64,000 nucleotides of DNA, from IMG/VR virus record IMGVR_UViG_3300032288_005579; one strand, 5' to 3'. Position 1 is the stretch's first letter, and the number at the start of each line of letters is the position of its first letter. Below the pieces are notes generated by a model. The model saw nothing but the letters and a program-made list of their open reading frames with translations. It did no database searches and was not told the DNA's origin. This document shows positions 1-7,214 of this stretch, one piece after another. Both the position numbers and the translations under genes were made by a program. This stretch comes from a virus.

Positions 1-2
1 AG

Positions 3-548
3 TTCAAAGGGAGGATACGAATAGAAACAACAGAAGGAGGGTACCCAGCCCAAGCAAGACTCACAGGGAGCCTACGAGTAAGGACAGAACACGTACTGTT
101 CATGGACGCGGATACAATGCTACTCAACCCAGATACAATAGCACAGAGCCTAAGTAGGATGAGAGAGGGAGGATACCACCTACTGACAACGACAATAGAG
201 ACGGACAGACCCTACAGGTGGGTGTACAAGGCGTTCTACCTGTGCCAACTCCTGGCCAAACACGTACTCGGAACGAGCTTCGCGCCGGGAGGGTACCAAC
301 TCTGGAACACGGAAGCCTACTGGAACACGGGAGGTTGGAGGCCCGACGAGCTGTTCGCCGAGGACTACAGCATAAGCAAGAGGGTAGAACCGAAGAGGTT
401 CCGCGTAGAGGGGATCAAAGGGGTGTACACGTCCGCAAGGAGGTTCCGCAACAAGGGGGTGACCTACATGCTCAAGCTCATGGTCAAGTCCTACCTGCAC
501 CGCAACGACCCCGAGTTCTTCAAGAAGAGCCACGGCTACTGGGACTAG
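3..548 (+). CDS. Glycosyltransferase family 2 (GT-A), 5'-truncated by window edge
   Basis: Frame open from nt 3 (FKGRIRIETTEGGYPAQAR...HVLFMDAD); DxD motif, GGYQLW..EAYWNTGG and AEDYSIS typical of GT2. Confidence 0.8.
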   Translation, partial: FKGRIRIETTEGGYPAQARLTGSLRVRTEHVLFMDADTMLLNPDTIAQSLSRMREGGYHLLTTTIETDRPYRWVYKAFYLCQLLAKHVLGTSFAPGGYQLWNTEAYWNTGGWRPDELFAEDYSISKRVEPKRFRVEGIKGVYTSARRFRNKGVTYMLKLMVKSYLHRNDPEFFKKSHGYWD

Positions 549-814
549 CAAACGTATTGTTCGCAACTTGTTCGATTGTATGCAAGCGGAAGGCGGGCCG
601 GAGCAAACAGGGAGCGTGCGGAAATGAAGAGGTCCCTGGAGGGAGTGCGGAACCGGGAACGAGACTCTATAGGGGGGAATACTCCCGATTTGACAGTGTG
701 ACAAAGAGAAAAAGAATACTCGCGTACGCGCACAAATAGTTTCCCGACCGTCAACGAAGACTTTCGCAGTAGGAGGACATCGCGTACATTTACTTTAAGA
801 AAACCGAAACTCCA

Positions 815-1078
815 ATGGCAGACTACACCAACGGCGGCAAGATACGAGTGTCATCGAGCGCCGTACCCGAATCCAGACCCACCTACGAGGAGTGGATCCG
901 CATGTACAACATCAACGAGACCGCCTACCAAAACGACCCCGACGGGAGGGCCAAGGCGGAGAGGATCATGAATAAAGTTGGGATCCAGTACGACAACCGC
1001 ACGGTTTGGGAGATCGTGACGGGCACGATGGTGTCCGAGTCCAGGAATTTTGTGAAAAAAATCACAGACCAAGAATGA
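815..1078 (+). CDS. Hypothetical early protein
   Basis: 87 aa ORF, A-rich leader, TACATTTAC promoter-like box at 785-793. Confidence 0.65.
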   Translation: MADYTNGGKIRVSSSAVPESRPTYEEWIRMYNINETAYQNDPDGRAKAERIMNKVGIQYDNRTVWEIVTGTMVSESRNFVKKITDQE

Positions 1079-1141
1079 AGATTGTACTTTAGCAGCAGGA
1101 TTTAGTATATTACATACATGTTAAACAAACAAATACAAGTT

Positions 1142-1387
1142 ATGAAGACTACTTCAAATCGCCCCGAGAGCTACCAAAAACTGACTTACATTCAGAAAGT
1201 GGCCCGGATCAACCGCCGGTTTCGTACCGGTGACGTGTCTGCCATCGCAGAACAGGCTGGTTACTCCAGCACCCACGTCTCTGACGTGTTGAGTGGCAAG
1301 TACTTCAACGAGCGCCTTGTGAACCAAGCGTGGGACATCGCCCGCAACCGGATCAGCAACGCCGTGAAGCTCGACAAAGCCGCGTAA
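1142..1387 (+). CDS. Helix-turn-helix DNA-binding protein
   Basis: DVSAIAEQAGYSSTHVSDVLSG is an XRE/Cro-like HTH; CAAGTT-ATG leader at 1142. Confidence 0.7.
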   Translation: MKTTSNRPESYQKLTYIQKVARINRRFRTGDVSAIAEQAGYSSTHVSDVLSGKYFNERLVNQAWDIARNRISNAVKLDKAA

Positions 1388-1481
1388 GCAGCGTAACGGA
1401 AAAACCGCCCGGGATGGAGTTAACCTGGCGGTACCGGGCCGGCGGAAGGTGTAGGAGCCCCGCTGGCCACCCTAAGGGGAT

Positions 1482-1518
1482 GGGGAAGGCCATGTTGCCG
1501 GTACCCTCCCCTTTTTTT
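1482..1518 (+). terminator. Putative intrinsic terminator downstream of the HTH gene
   Basis: GGGGAAGG (1482-1489) pairs with CCCTCCCC (1504-1511, one mismatch), followed by a T7 tract. Confidence 0.5.
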
Positions 1519-1586
1519 ATTCCTGTTGGGTACCAAGCAGTTGCGCAACGCGCTGACCGCCAACGAGAAAGATTTGCGGGCCCCTA

Positions 1587-1618
1587 TGTCCGGATTCCGG
1601 CCTTTCGCGTATATTTAC
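1587..1618 (+). promoter_or_regulatory. Early-type promoter TGTCCG-N17-TATATTTAC
   Basis: Same -35 hexamer and 17-nt spacing recur at 19825-19856; lies just upstream of ATG 1641. Confidence 0.6.
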
Positions 1619-1640
1619 CCTGTAATTGAAGCTAGAGACT

Positions 1641-1928
1641 ATGGAAATCAAGATCACCATCAAGAACGCCTTAACCAAATTGACAGAGTTAGAGGTCGTA
1701 GCGCCGCTGCGGCCGGAGGAAAACGTGGACAACATCCACAGGATCCTGAGCGAGGGATATCCCGATTGTTTCGTGAATATCTCTGTGAGCGACGGCAGCT
1801 TCATCGCCGGCCAACCGTACAACATGGCGGCCGACGAGCGCCGCTTGGAGAAGGGCACCATAACCTGGCAGGGATACCTCGAGAAGTGGTACCCCAACCT
1901 GGCCGAGAACGCCGAAACCATCGACTGA
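1641..1928 (+). CDS. Hypothetical early protein
   Basis: 95 aa ORF directly after promoter, C/G-ending codon bias like neighbours. Confidence 0.7.
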   Translation: MEIKITIKNALTKLTELEVVAPLRPEENVDNIHRILSEGYPDCFVNISVSDGSFIAGQPYNMAADERRLEKGTITWQGYLEKWYPNLAENAETID

Positions 1929-1948
1929 GCAACCAACCCATTAGCTAT

Positions 1949-2209
1949 ATGACAACAGCACAACAGGAGTACGACAAGAGAAAGGACAACTACAGCACCA
2001 ACTGCGCCCGCATGGTGGGATTCTTCACCGCCTGCATGGACGTCTACGGACGGGAACTCATGAAGGAGAAGCCGGTGTGGACCGCACAGGAGATGGGCGA
2101 GAAGATGGTCAACATGGGCAAGCTGATCGACCTCTGGTTCGAGAAGCGGTACGAAGGCCCGTACATGAGCGCGGACATCGCCGCAATGCTCGAAGCACCG
2201 AAATCTTAA
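1949..2209 (+). CDS. Hypothetical early protein
   Basis: C-terminal part of ORF 1526..2209 from MTTAQQ; upstream part overlaps the real gene 1641..1928. Confidence 0.65.
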   Translation: MTTAQQEYDKRKDNYSTNCARMVGFFTACMDVYGRELMKEKPVWTAQEMGEKMVNMGKLIDLWFEKRYEGPYMSADIAAMLEAPKS

Positions 2210-2211
2210 AT

Positions 2212-2244
2212 TTTACTTTCAACCCTAAATCGTTTACATTACAT
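2212..2244 (+). promoter_or_regulatory. Sigma70-like early promoter TTTACT-N17-TACATT
   Basis: Near-identical to 5371-5399 (TTTACA-N17-TACATT, both with AAATCGT before the -10). Confidence 0.65.
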
Positions 2245-2257
2245 CTAAATAAAGGTT

Positions 2258-3061
2258 ATGACAAACAAACTCAATCCCCAAACAATCACTTCGCTCAGCC
2301 TCGAGGAGGCAGCTAAGCGCGCGCCCGCTATCATGGCCACCCGGCCTGCGGACTACATCAACCTCAACAGGTACAAGTTCACACCCACCACAGAGGTCAT
2401 CGACCACATGCAGGACCTCGGTTACGTGTTGACCGGTGCCAAGCAGAGCAAGACCAGCGTGCCGCTCCGCCGCGACTTCGGTACCCACATCGTCACCTTC
2501 CAACACCCTAAGCTGTACATCAAGGACAGCGAGGGCGGAGTGGAGGCGAGGCCTACCATCGTAGTACTGAACAGCCACGACGGCAGCCGCCCGATCCAAT
2601 TCGAGATGGGCATGTTCCGCCTCGTCTGCTCGAACGGCCTCATGGTCAAGACGCAGGACTTCGGCAGCATCCGCGAACGCCACACCAAGTACACCTTCCC
2701 GCAACTGAAGGAGCTCGTAGACAGCAAGATCAGTGCCTTACCCAAGGTAGTAGAGAAGATCAACGACTGGAGCAGCAAGGTAATGACACCTAAGGAGCAA
2801 TCCCAGTTCGCCATCGATGCACTGCTCATGCGGTTGGGCGACGATCGCCAGCCCGAGAACTACGAGATCCAGTCCATCCTCACACCCAAGAGGGACGCCG
2901 ACAAGGGCAACAGCCTGTGGAAGACCTTCAACGTGGTGCAGGAGAACCTGATCAAGGGCGGCTTCGACCTCAACGAGCGCGTAGCACGCGGCATAACCAA
3001 CCCCGTGCAGGACATGGTCCTCAACCAGGACCTGTGGCAGCTCGCGGAGAAGTACGCCTAA
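2258..3061 (+). CDS. DUF932/DUF945 phage/plasmid-like protein
   Basis: APAIMA, NSHDGS..FEMGMFRLVCSNGL, SLWKTFNVVQENLIKGG, LNQDLW motifs. Confidence 0.85.
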   Translation: MTNKLNPQTITSLSLEEAAKRAPAIMATRPADYINLNRYKFTPTTEVIDHMQDLGYVLTGAKQSKTSVPLRRDFGTHIVTFQHPKLYIKDSEGGVEARPTIVVLNSHDGSRPIQFEMGMFRLVCSNGLMVKTQDFGSIRERHTKYTFPQLKELVDSKISALPKVVEKINDWSSKVMTPKEQSQFAIDALLMRLGDDRQPENYEIQSILTPKRDADKGNSLWKTFNVVQENLIKGGFDLNERVARGITNPVQDMVLNQDLWQLAEKYA

Positions 3062-3076
3062 GCGTGGCTGCGGTGG

Positions 3077-3161
3077 ACCGCTAGCGGTGCGTTAGCGGTT
3101 CACTAGCGGTCGCTAGCGAATCACTAGCAAGTGCTAGCGCAACACTAGCACCGAACTAGCG
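3077..3161. repeat. Intergenic array of eight (C/T)TAGC units with 10-11 nt period
   Basis: Units start at 3081, 3092 (TTAGC), 3103, 3113, 3124, 3134, 3145, 3156. Confidence 0.9.
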
Positions 3162-3289
3162 CCCCGCCAAAGGAACAATTGTTGTAGACAGGGGGCCCTA
3201 AGGGGGGGCCTGCCTCGCTTAATCAAACTCGCCAACATTGGAAAATTTTTAACAGGAAAAACGTATTTATGAATATACACCCAAAGACT

Positions 3290-3412
3290 ATGAAAACCAA
3301 ACAGAACAAACCAAAGACCAAACTCGGTTCGATCATCGCCAACCACATCGCACTGATCAACGAAGCCACCAAAGGCACCCAGGACGCATCGAAAAAATCC
3401 AAAGGCGAATGA
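3290..3412 (+). CDS. Small basic hypothetical protein (40 aa)
   Basis: MKTKQNKPKTKLGSIIANH..., A-rich leader, stop overlaps next start (ATGA). Confidence 0.45.
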   Translation: MKTKQNKPKTKLGSIIANHIALINEATKGTQDASKKSKGE

Positions 3413-3588
3413 ACGACCTGACGACTAAGGAACTGATGGAGCTCAGGTGGGTGATCGAGGAATACGTACCGGTGAAGTCAGACTTGCTTCGCGAGACGCT
3501 CCTCAAGATCGACGCCCAATTGGAGAAGGAGGGGTACGTGTTGGAGCTCAGGGCGTTTCAGTCGGAGTGGAAGATAAGCAAAAAGTAA
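3409..3588 (+). CDS. Small hypothetical protein (59 aa)
   Basis: MNDLTTKELMELRWVIEEYV..., ATGA coupling to the previous ORF. Confidence 0.55.
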   Translation: MNDLTTKELMELRWVIEEYVPVKSDLLRETLLKIDAQLEKEGYVLELRAFQSEWKISKK

Positions 3589-3592
3589 CGGT

Positions 3593-3814
3593 ATGCAAAA
3601 CGCAATGGACTTCGCTTTCTACTTCGGCCTGGTGGCCGTGATCATGGGCTTTCTATCGTGGGCGTGGGTGAACGGCATAGACCGTGCGATGCGCGACTTT
3701 CCCGACTACCGCGGAGAGGACCTGCTCGACGAGTTTCCAGCCCGGGAAAAAGGCACCGAAACCGCAAAAACGCACGGGCAGGCAGGGGAAAAACCGGGCG
3801 CAGACAAACAGTAA
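3593..3814 (+). CDS. Small membrane protein
   Basis: Hydrophobic segment FAFYFGLVAVIMGFLSWAWV. Confidence 0.55.
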   Translation: MQNAMDFAFYFGLVAVIMGFLSWAWVNGIDRAMRDFPDYRGEDLLDEFPAREKGTETAKTHGQAGEKPGADKQ

Positions 3815-3824
3815 ACACACGTAC

Positions 3825-4061
3825 ATGAATACGATCAACAGGATAGACACACCGATCAGACAGCTGATGGAGCGAGTGAACGCAGCGGCCAGGTGGGCTC
3901 GCAGCGACGACGATAGGCACGTGCTTGGCCTTGTGGCCGAAGAGTGCGAAAAGCTCTTGCACACGGAGCGCGAGCACATCGAAGGGGCGTGGCGCGACGG
4001 CCAGTCCGGGGTCACGAACCAATCAGGCGCACAGTACTACGATAAAACATACGGCAAATGA
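3825..4061 (+). CDS. Hypothetical protein
   Basis: From MNTINRIDTP; C-terminal EREHIEGAWRDG...QYYDKTYG resembles common small phage ORFs. Confidence 0.6.
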   Translation: MNTINRIDTPIRQLMERVNAAARWARSDDDRHVLGLVAEECEKLLHTEREHIEGAWRDGQSGVTNQSGAQYYDKTYGK

Positions 4062-4334
4062 GGTACGTTGAGGTTTTTTTGGGTGTAGCGTTTTCGCTCA
4101 TAGCGCTTGGCTGCTGTGCGGCCCTTGTGTTCGCTGTTGTGGCCGATCTTTTCGGTTGGTACGATAAACCCAAGAAGCCGTGATGCACCTCATAGAACTT
4201 CTAGCGCAGGTGGCGGTTTTCGCCGTGCTTGCGTTCGTCTGCCTCGGTGCATTCATGTGCATATACGTGTTCGTGTTCCTGCCCTTTGTGTGGATCACTT
4301 CGTGGGTATTTTCTAGGATCAAACGCATGCTGCA

Positions 4335-4883
4335 GTGAAACGCATAACGCCAGAAGAGACGAAGTACTACGTGCGCCTCACGCGCAACGAACACAACTGG
4401 CACGGTAAGGCCGTCGCCTACACGATGCTTCCCAGCTCCGACCCAGTTAGGGCAGCGGAAGGATGGGAGGACCTCGAGTACTACATGGAGGGCATACTCG
4501 ATCCGAGTTACTCTTCCAAACCGCCCGAGTGGGTGTACGTGTTGGTCAACAAGGGGGTACCCGGCATCTGCAAGATCGGCATGACCACCACTTCCGTACC
4601 GCAGCGCGTGCGTGAGATCAACTCCGCGACGGGCGTGATAACGCCGTGGTTCGCGGTGTACCAGTACAAGTGCATCAATTCCTACGCTCTAGAACAGGCT
4701 GTGCACCAACACTTCGAGGACTTGGGTTACAGGGTCAACCCGAACCGGGAAGGCTTCGAGATACCGAGCGACATGGCGATACAGATCATCGAGGCGTTGG
4801 GAGAGAGGCTTACCGTGCACCCTCAAGAGTTCGGTGGCGCACAGCCGCAGGGAGAAACTTCCGATCTGACCGGGTCCGAGTGA
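4335..4883 (+). CDS. T5orf172/MUG113-type GIY-YIG domain protein
   Basis: WVYVL..KIGMTT..RVREINSATGV...LEQAVHQHF...NREGF. Confidence 0.85.
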   Translation: MKRITPEETKYYVRLTRNEHNWHGKAVAYTMLPSSDPVRAAEGWEDLEYYMEGILDPSYSSKPPEWVYVLVNKGVPGICKIGMTTTSVPQRVREINSATGVITPWFAVYQYKCINSYALEQAVHQHFEDLGYRVNPNREGFEIPSDMAIQIIEALGERLTVHPQEFGGAQPQGETSDLTGSE

Positions 4884-5356
4884 TGGGTCTGCGCGTAGAT
4901 AAGTTGGGTCCCCACAACGCGGCTACCGCCCTGCGGTTGGCGACCAAGGTAGTGTCCTCTCTCAGGGGCATCTACTCGAAAGAGGCTATCGCGGGCGAGA
5001 TCGAACCTCTCAACTGGTCAAGGCTGCACAACCCCGATTACTTGGACTTGGTCCTGTTTAGGGACTCGCGCTGCGTCGGCTTCTGCTTCTGCGAGATCGA
5101 AGGCGGTGTGGCCTTCCTGCGTTGGTTGGGCGTCGAGCCCGCCGAACTGGGCACGGGCGCCGCTCGCTACCTTTTCGAGGATTTATTGCGCAAGTGCCGG
5201 AACTTGGGCGTTCGCAAGGTCTGGTTCGACACCAATGCGGCCAACGTTAGGGCCATCAATTTCTTCGAGTCGTACGGGTGCGCTAAGTTCGGGACCGTGG
5301 AAGACTTCTGGTACGGGCACAGCTACCACTTCTGGGAAAAGAGATTAAGCGAATGA
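4883..5356 (+). CDS. GNAT family N-acetyltransferase
   Basis: LRWLGVEP.ELGTGAARYLF acetyl-CoA motif A; N.RAINFFESYG motif B; TGATG coupling. Confidence 0.85.
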   Translation: MGLRVDKLGPHNAATALRLATKVVSSLRGIYSKEAIAGEIEPLNWSRLHNPDYLDLVLFRDSRCVGFCFCEIEGGVAFLRWLGVEPAELGTGAARYLFEDLLRKCRNLGVRKVWFDTNAANVRAINFFESYGCAKFGTVEDFWYGHSYHFWEKRLSE

Positions 5357-5370
5357 CCGAAAACGAATAG

Positions 5371-5404
5371 TTTACATTTCTCATAAAAATCGTTACATTT
5401 ACAG
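5371..5404 (+). promoter_or_regulatory. Sigma70-like early promoter TTTACA-N17-TACATT
   Basis: Twin of 2212-2244. Confidence 0.65.
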
Positions 5405-5432
5405 TATGTTAAACAAAACCAAAACAAACGCA

Positions 5433-5567
5433 ATGAAAAAAATTGTAATCGCGCTGGCCCTGGCATTCGCCGCGGCAGCGTGCACACCGAAGGCGACCGA
5501 AGGCGCCAACGATTCCACAGCTGTGAGCGTGGACACCGTTAAAGTTGACACCGTAAACGCACAGTGA
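5433..5567 (+). CDS. Small lipoprotein (44 aa), Bacteroidota PG1828-like
   Basis: MKKIVIALALAFAAAAC lipobox then DSTAVSVDTVKVDTV tail. Confidence 0.7.
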   Translation: MKKIVIALALAFAAAACTPKATEGANDSTAVSVDTVKVDTVNAQ

Positions 5568-5569
5568 TC

Positions 5570-5731
5570 ATGAACCAACAGTACGCAATAGTCACAGCTA
5601 CGAACGTGGCCGAGCTCGAGAAGCAGGTCACCGCTAGGTTGTCGAAGGGGTGGGAACTGGCGGGATCGCTGGTCTACGTCGCAGAAAGCGGGCAGTTTAT
5701 CCAACCGCTGGTCTACAAACCGAAAGAGTAA
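5570..5731 (+). CDS. DUF1737-like small protein (53 aa)
   Basis: YAIVTA..ELEKQVTARLSKGWELAGSL...FIQPLV. Confidence 0.7.
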   Translation: MNQQYAIVTATNVAELEKQVTARLSKGWELAGSLVYVAESGQFIQPLVYKPKE

Positions 5732-5737
5732 TCGAGC

Positions 5738-5983
5738 ATGAGAAAGCGTTACGAAGAGAACCCCCTGACCAAACAGCCCGGGGGCGCCACACTGGTATTC
5801 ACGTTCAACGATCGGCCAACAGAGGTTCGAAGGAACGTCAAGGTCCCGAAGCGTTACGTTGAAACCGTCTTGGACACGTTGGTTACAGAGAACAGCGTAT
5901 CGTCGTTGGTATCTGTGTACAACAAGTCCGACGACCGTTACGAGTACGTTCGTCAACAACCCGACGTATCATCGCAGTTGTGA
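5738..5983 (+). CDS. Hypothetical protein
   Basis: 81 aa ORF in tightly packed operon. Confidence 0.6.
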   Translation: MRKRYEENPLTKQPGGATLVFTFNDRPTEVRRNVKVPKRYVETVLDTLVTENSVSSLVSVYNKSDDRYEYVRQQPDVSSQL

Positions 5984-6216
5984 ACTCGTCGCTATTCGCG
6001 GAGAACCTCGTTCTGAAGTCGAAGGAAGCGTTGCAGGGTTCCGTCAAGGACGGGACCGACCTGCACGCCCTCGCAGTACAAGAGTGCCTTGCTTTTTGTG
6101 AACTCACGCTTCGCGTGATAAATGCAAACTGTGGGGGCACTCGAGTACCGGGGTTCGAAGAGGTGTCATTTTGGGAAAAAGTTACCAACGAAATCAAGAA
6201 CCGTGAACGACGCTAG
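5980..6216 (+). CDS. Hypothetical protein
   Basis: GTGA coupling to previous ORF. Confidence 0.55.
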   Translation: MNSSLFAENLVLKSKEALQGSVKDGTDLHALAVQECLAFCELTLRVINANCGGTRVPGFEEVSFWEKVTNEIKNRERR

Positions 6217-6332
6217 TTTCAACACAGTCTACGTTCCCGTCATAGTGTTCTCTTGCATGATCGGGATCTTCATCTACGAACTCATACTCGGCCGCAACAA
6301 CCGTCGGGGACCGAGCAAGAACCCCGAGAGGT

Positions 6333-6611
6333 GTGTCCACTCGGTGCGCAACGCTAAGGCGAGGAAAAACGAACGTATACGCATTTATAGGATCTCGGGT
6401 CGACGTGGAACAGTGGGAGATAACCAATAAAGCGTGGTTCAAGTCCATCAACGACGCGCGCGATAAGTGGAAGGCTATGGAAGAATCCGAACGCAAGGCC
6501 GCTTTTGATAAGTGGCGCGCTAAGAATCCTACTGACTTCCGTCGAGATTGGGACTTCAAACTGATATCGATATGCAAGCACGCGGTGAAGGACATACTCA
6601 CCGAAAGTTGA
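6333..6611 (+). CDS. Hypothetical protein
   Basis: 92 aa ORF; true start uncertain. Confidence 0.45.
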   Translation: MSTRCATLRRGKTNVYAFIGSRVDVEQWEITNKAWFKSINDARDKWKAMEESERKAAFDKWRAKNPTDFRRDWDFKLISICKHAVKDILTES

Positions 6612-6650
6612 AATTTTTCTTATAGGAAAAAGTCGAATACATTTACTTAT

Positions 6651-6839
6651 ATGAGCAAGGCTAAAGTGAAGTTGAACGGCAACAGGGGAGCTTTCCACTG
6701 TTCGCAGTGCAGCGTAGCTATCAAGGATAGCTATCACTGGAACGAGGACGAGTGGTCTTACGCGAAGACGGGCAAGCCGAAGATAAAGGCGATGTTCTGC
6801 GAGGAGTGCTCTTATTCTAGAAAACAAAGAAACAAATAA
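6651..6839 (+). CDS. Small zinc-finger-like protein
   Basis: CSQC...CEEC pairs; TACATTTAC box at 6638. Confidence 0.65.
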   Translation: MSKAKVKLNGNRGAFHCSQCSVAIKDSYHWNEDEWSYAKTGKPKIKAMFCEECSYSRKQRNK

Positions 6840-6840
6840 C

Positions 6841-7104
6841 ATGGCAGAATTCAGCAAACAATACGTAGAAAATTACATGCGCGATTTTGAGAGTTGGGAC
6901 TTCGATCTCGATGCGGAGTTTTCCAAACTATCTCCGGGTCAGTACGAACCCATGATATGCGAGGGTTTCGGCTTCATCGCGATCATAAAACAGTTGGACG
7001 GATCTCTCATGTGTCTGTACAAGAATCACAAGACTGGGGAATTCAAGGAAGTGACGTACGAGTCTCTGACCGATACAACTCACGAAGACATCTGGACAGA
7101 GTGA
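6841..7104 (+). CDS. Hypothetical protein
   Basis: 87 aa ORF immediately before tRNA. Confidence 0.65.
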   Translation: MAEFSKQYVENYMRDFESWDFDLDAEFSKLSPGQYEPMICEGFGFIAIIKQLDGSLMCLYKNHKTGEFKEVTYESLTDTTHEDIWTE

Positions 7105-7110
7105 GTGGAT

Positions 7111-7196
7111 GCCTGGATGGCGGAACAGGTATACGCGCAAGACTTAAAATTTTGTGGGCAGTAATGCTCGTACGGGTTCGATTCCCGTTCCAGGTA
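7111..7196 (+). tRNA. trnL: tRNA-Leu(TAA)
   Basis: GCCTGGA/TCCAGGT acceptor, CAAGA-CTTAAAA-TTTTG anticodon arm, long variable arm, GGTTCGATTCC T arm. Confidence 0.92.
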
Positions 7197-7214
7197 CAAC
7201 GATAATTATATAGG

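Noticed and set aside
549-814. Possible ncRNA in the 270-nt gap (GGGAGT 641-646 / ACTCCC 681-686)
   Set aside because: Only one 6-bp stem in GC-rich sequence; not enough support
1430-1505. SRP RNA or tRNA-like identity for the structured element
   Set aside because: Lacks the SRP domain IV loop and tRNA D/T-loop consensus; kept only as an unclassified structure
3077-3161. CTAGC array as a CRISPR or mini-CRISPR
   Set aside because: Repeat is 5 nt with 5-6 nt spacers, far below CRISPR dimensions; no cas genes in the window
180-6900. Many overlapping minus-strand and alternate-frame ORFs in the GC-rich region
   Set aside because: Expected from high GC3; they overlap better-supported + strand genes with leaders and recognisable motifs
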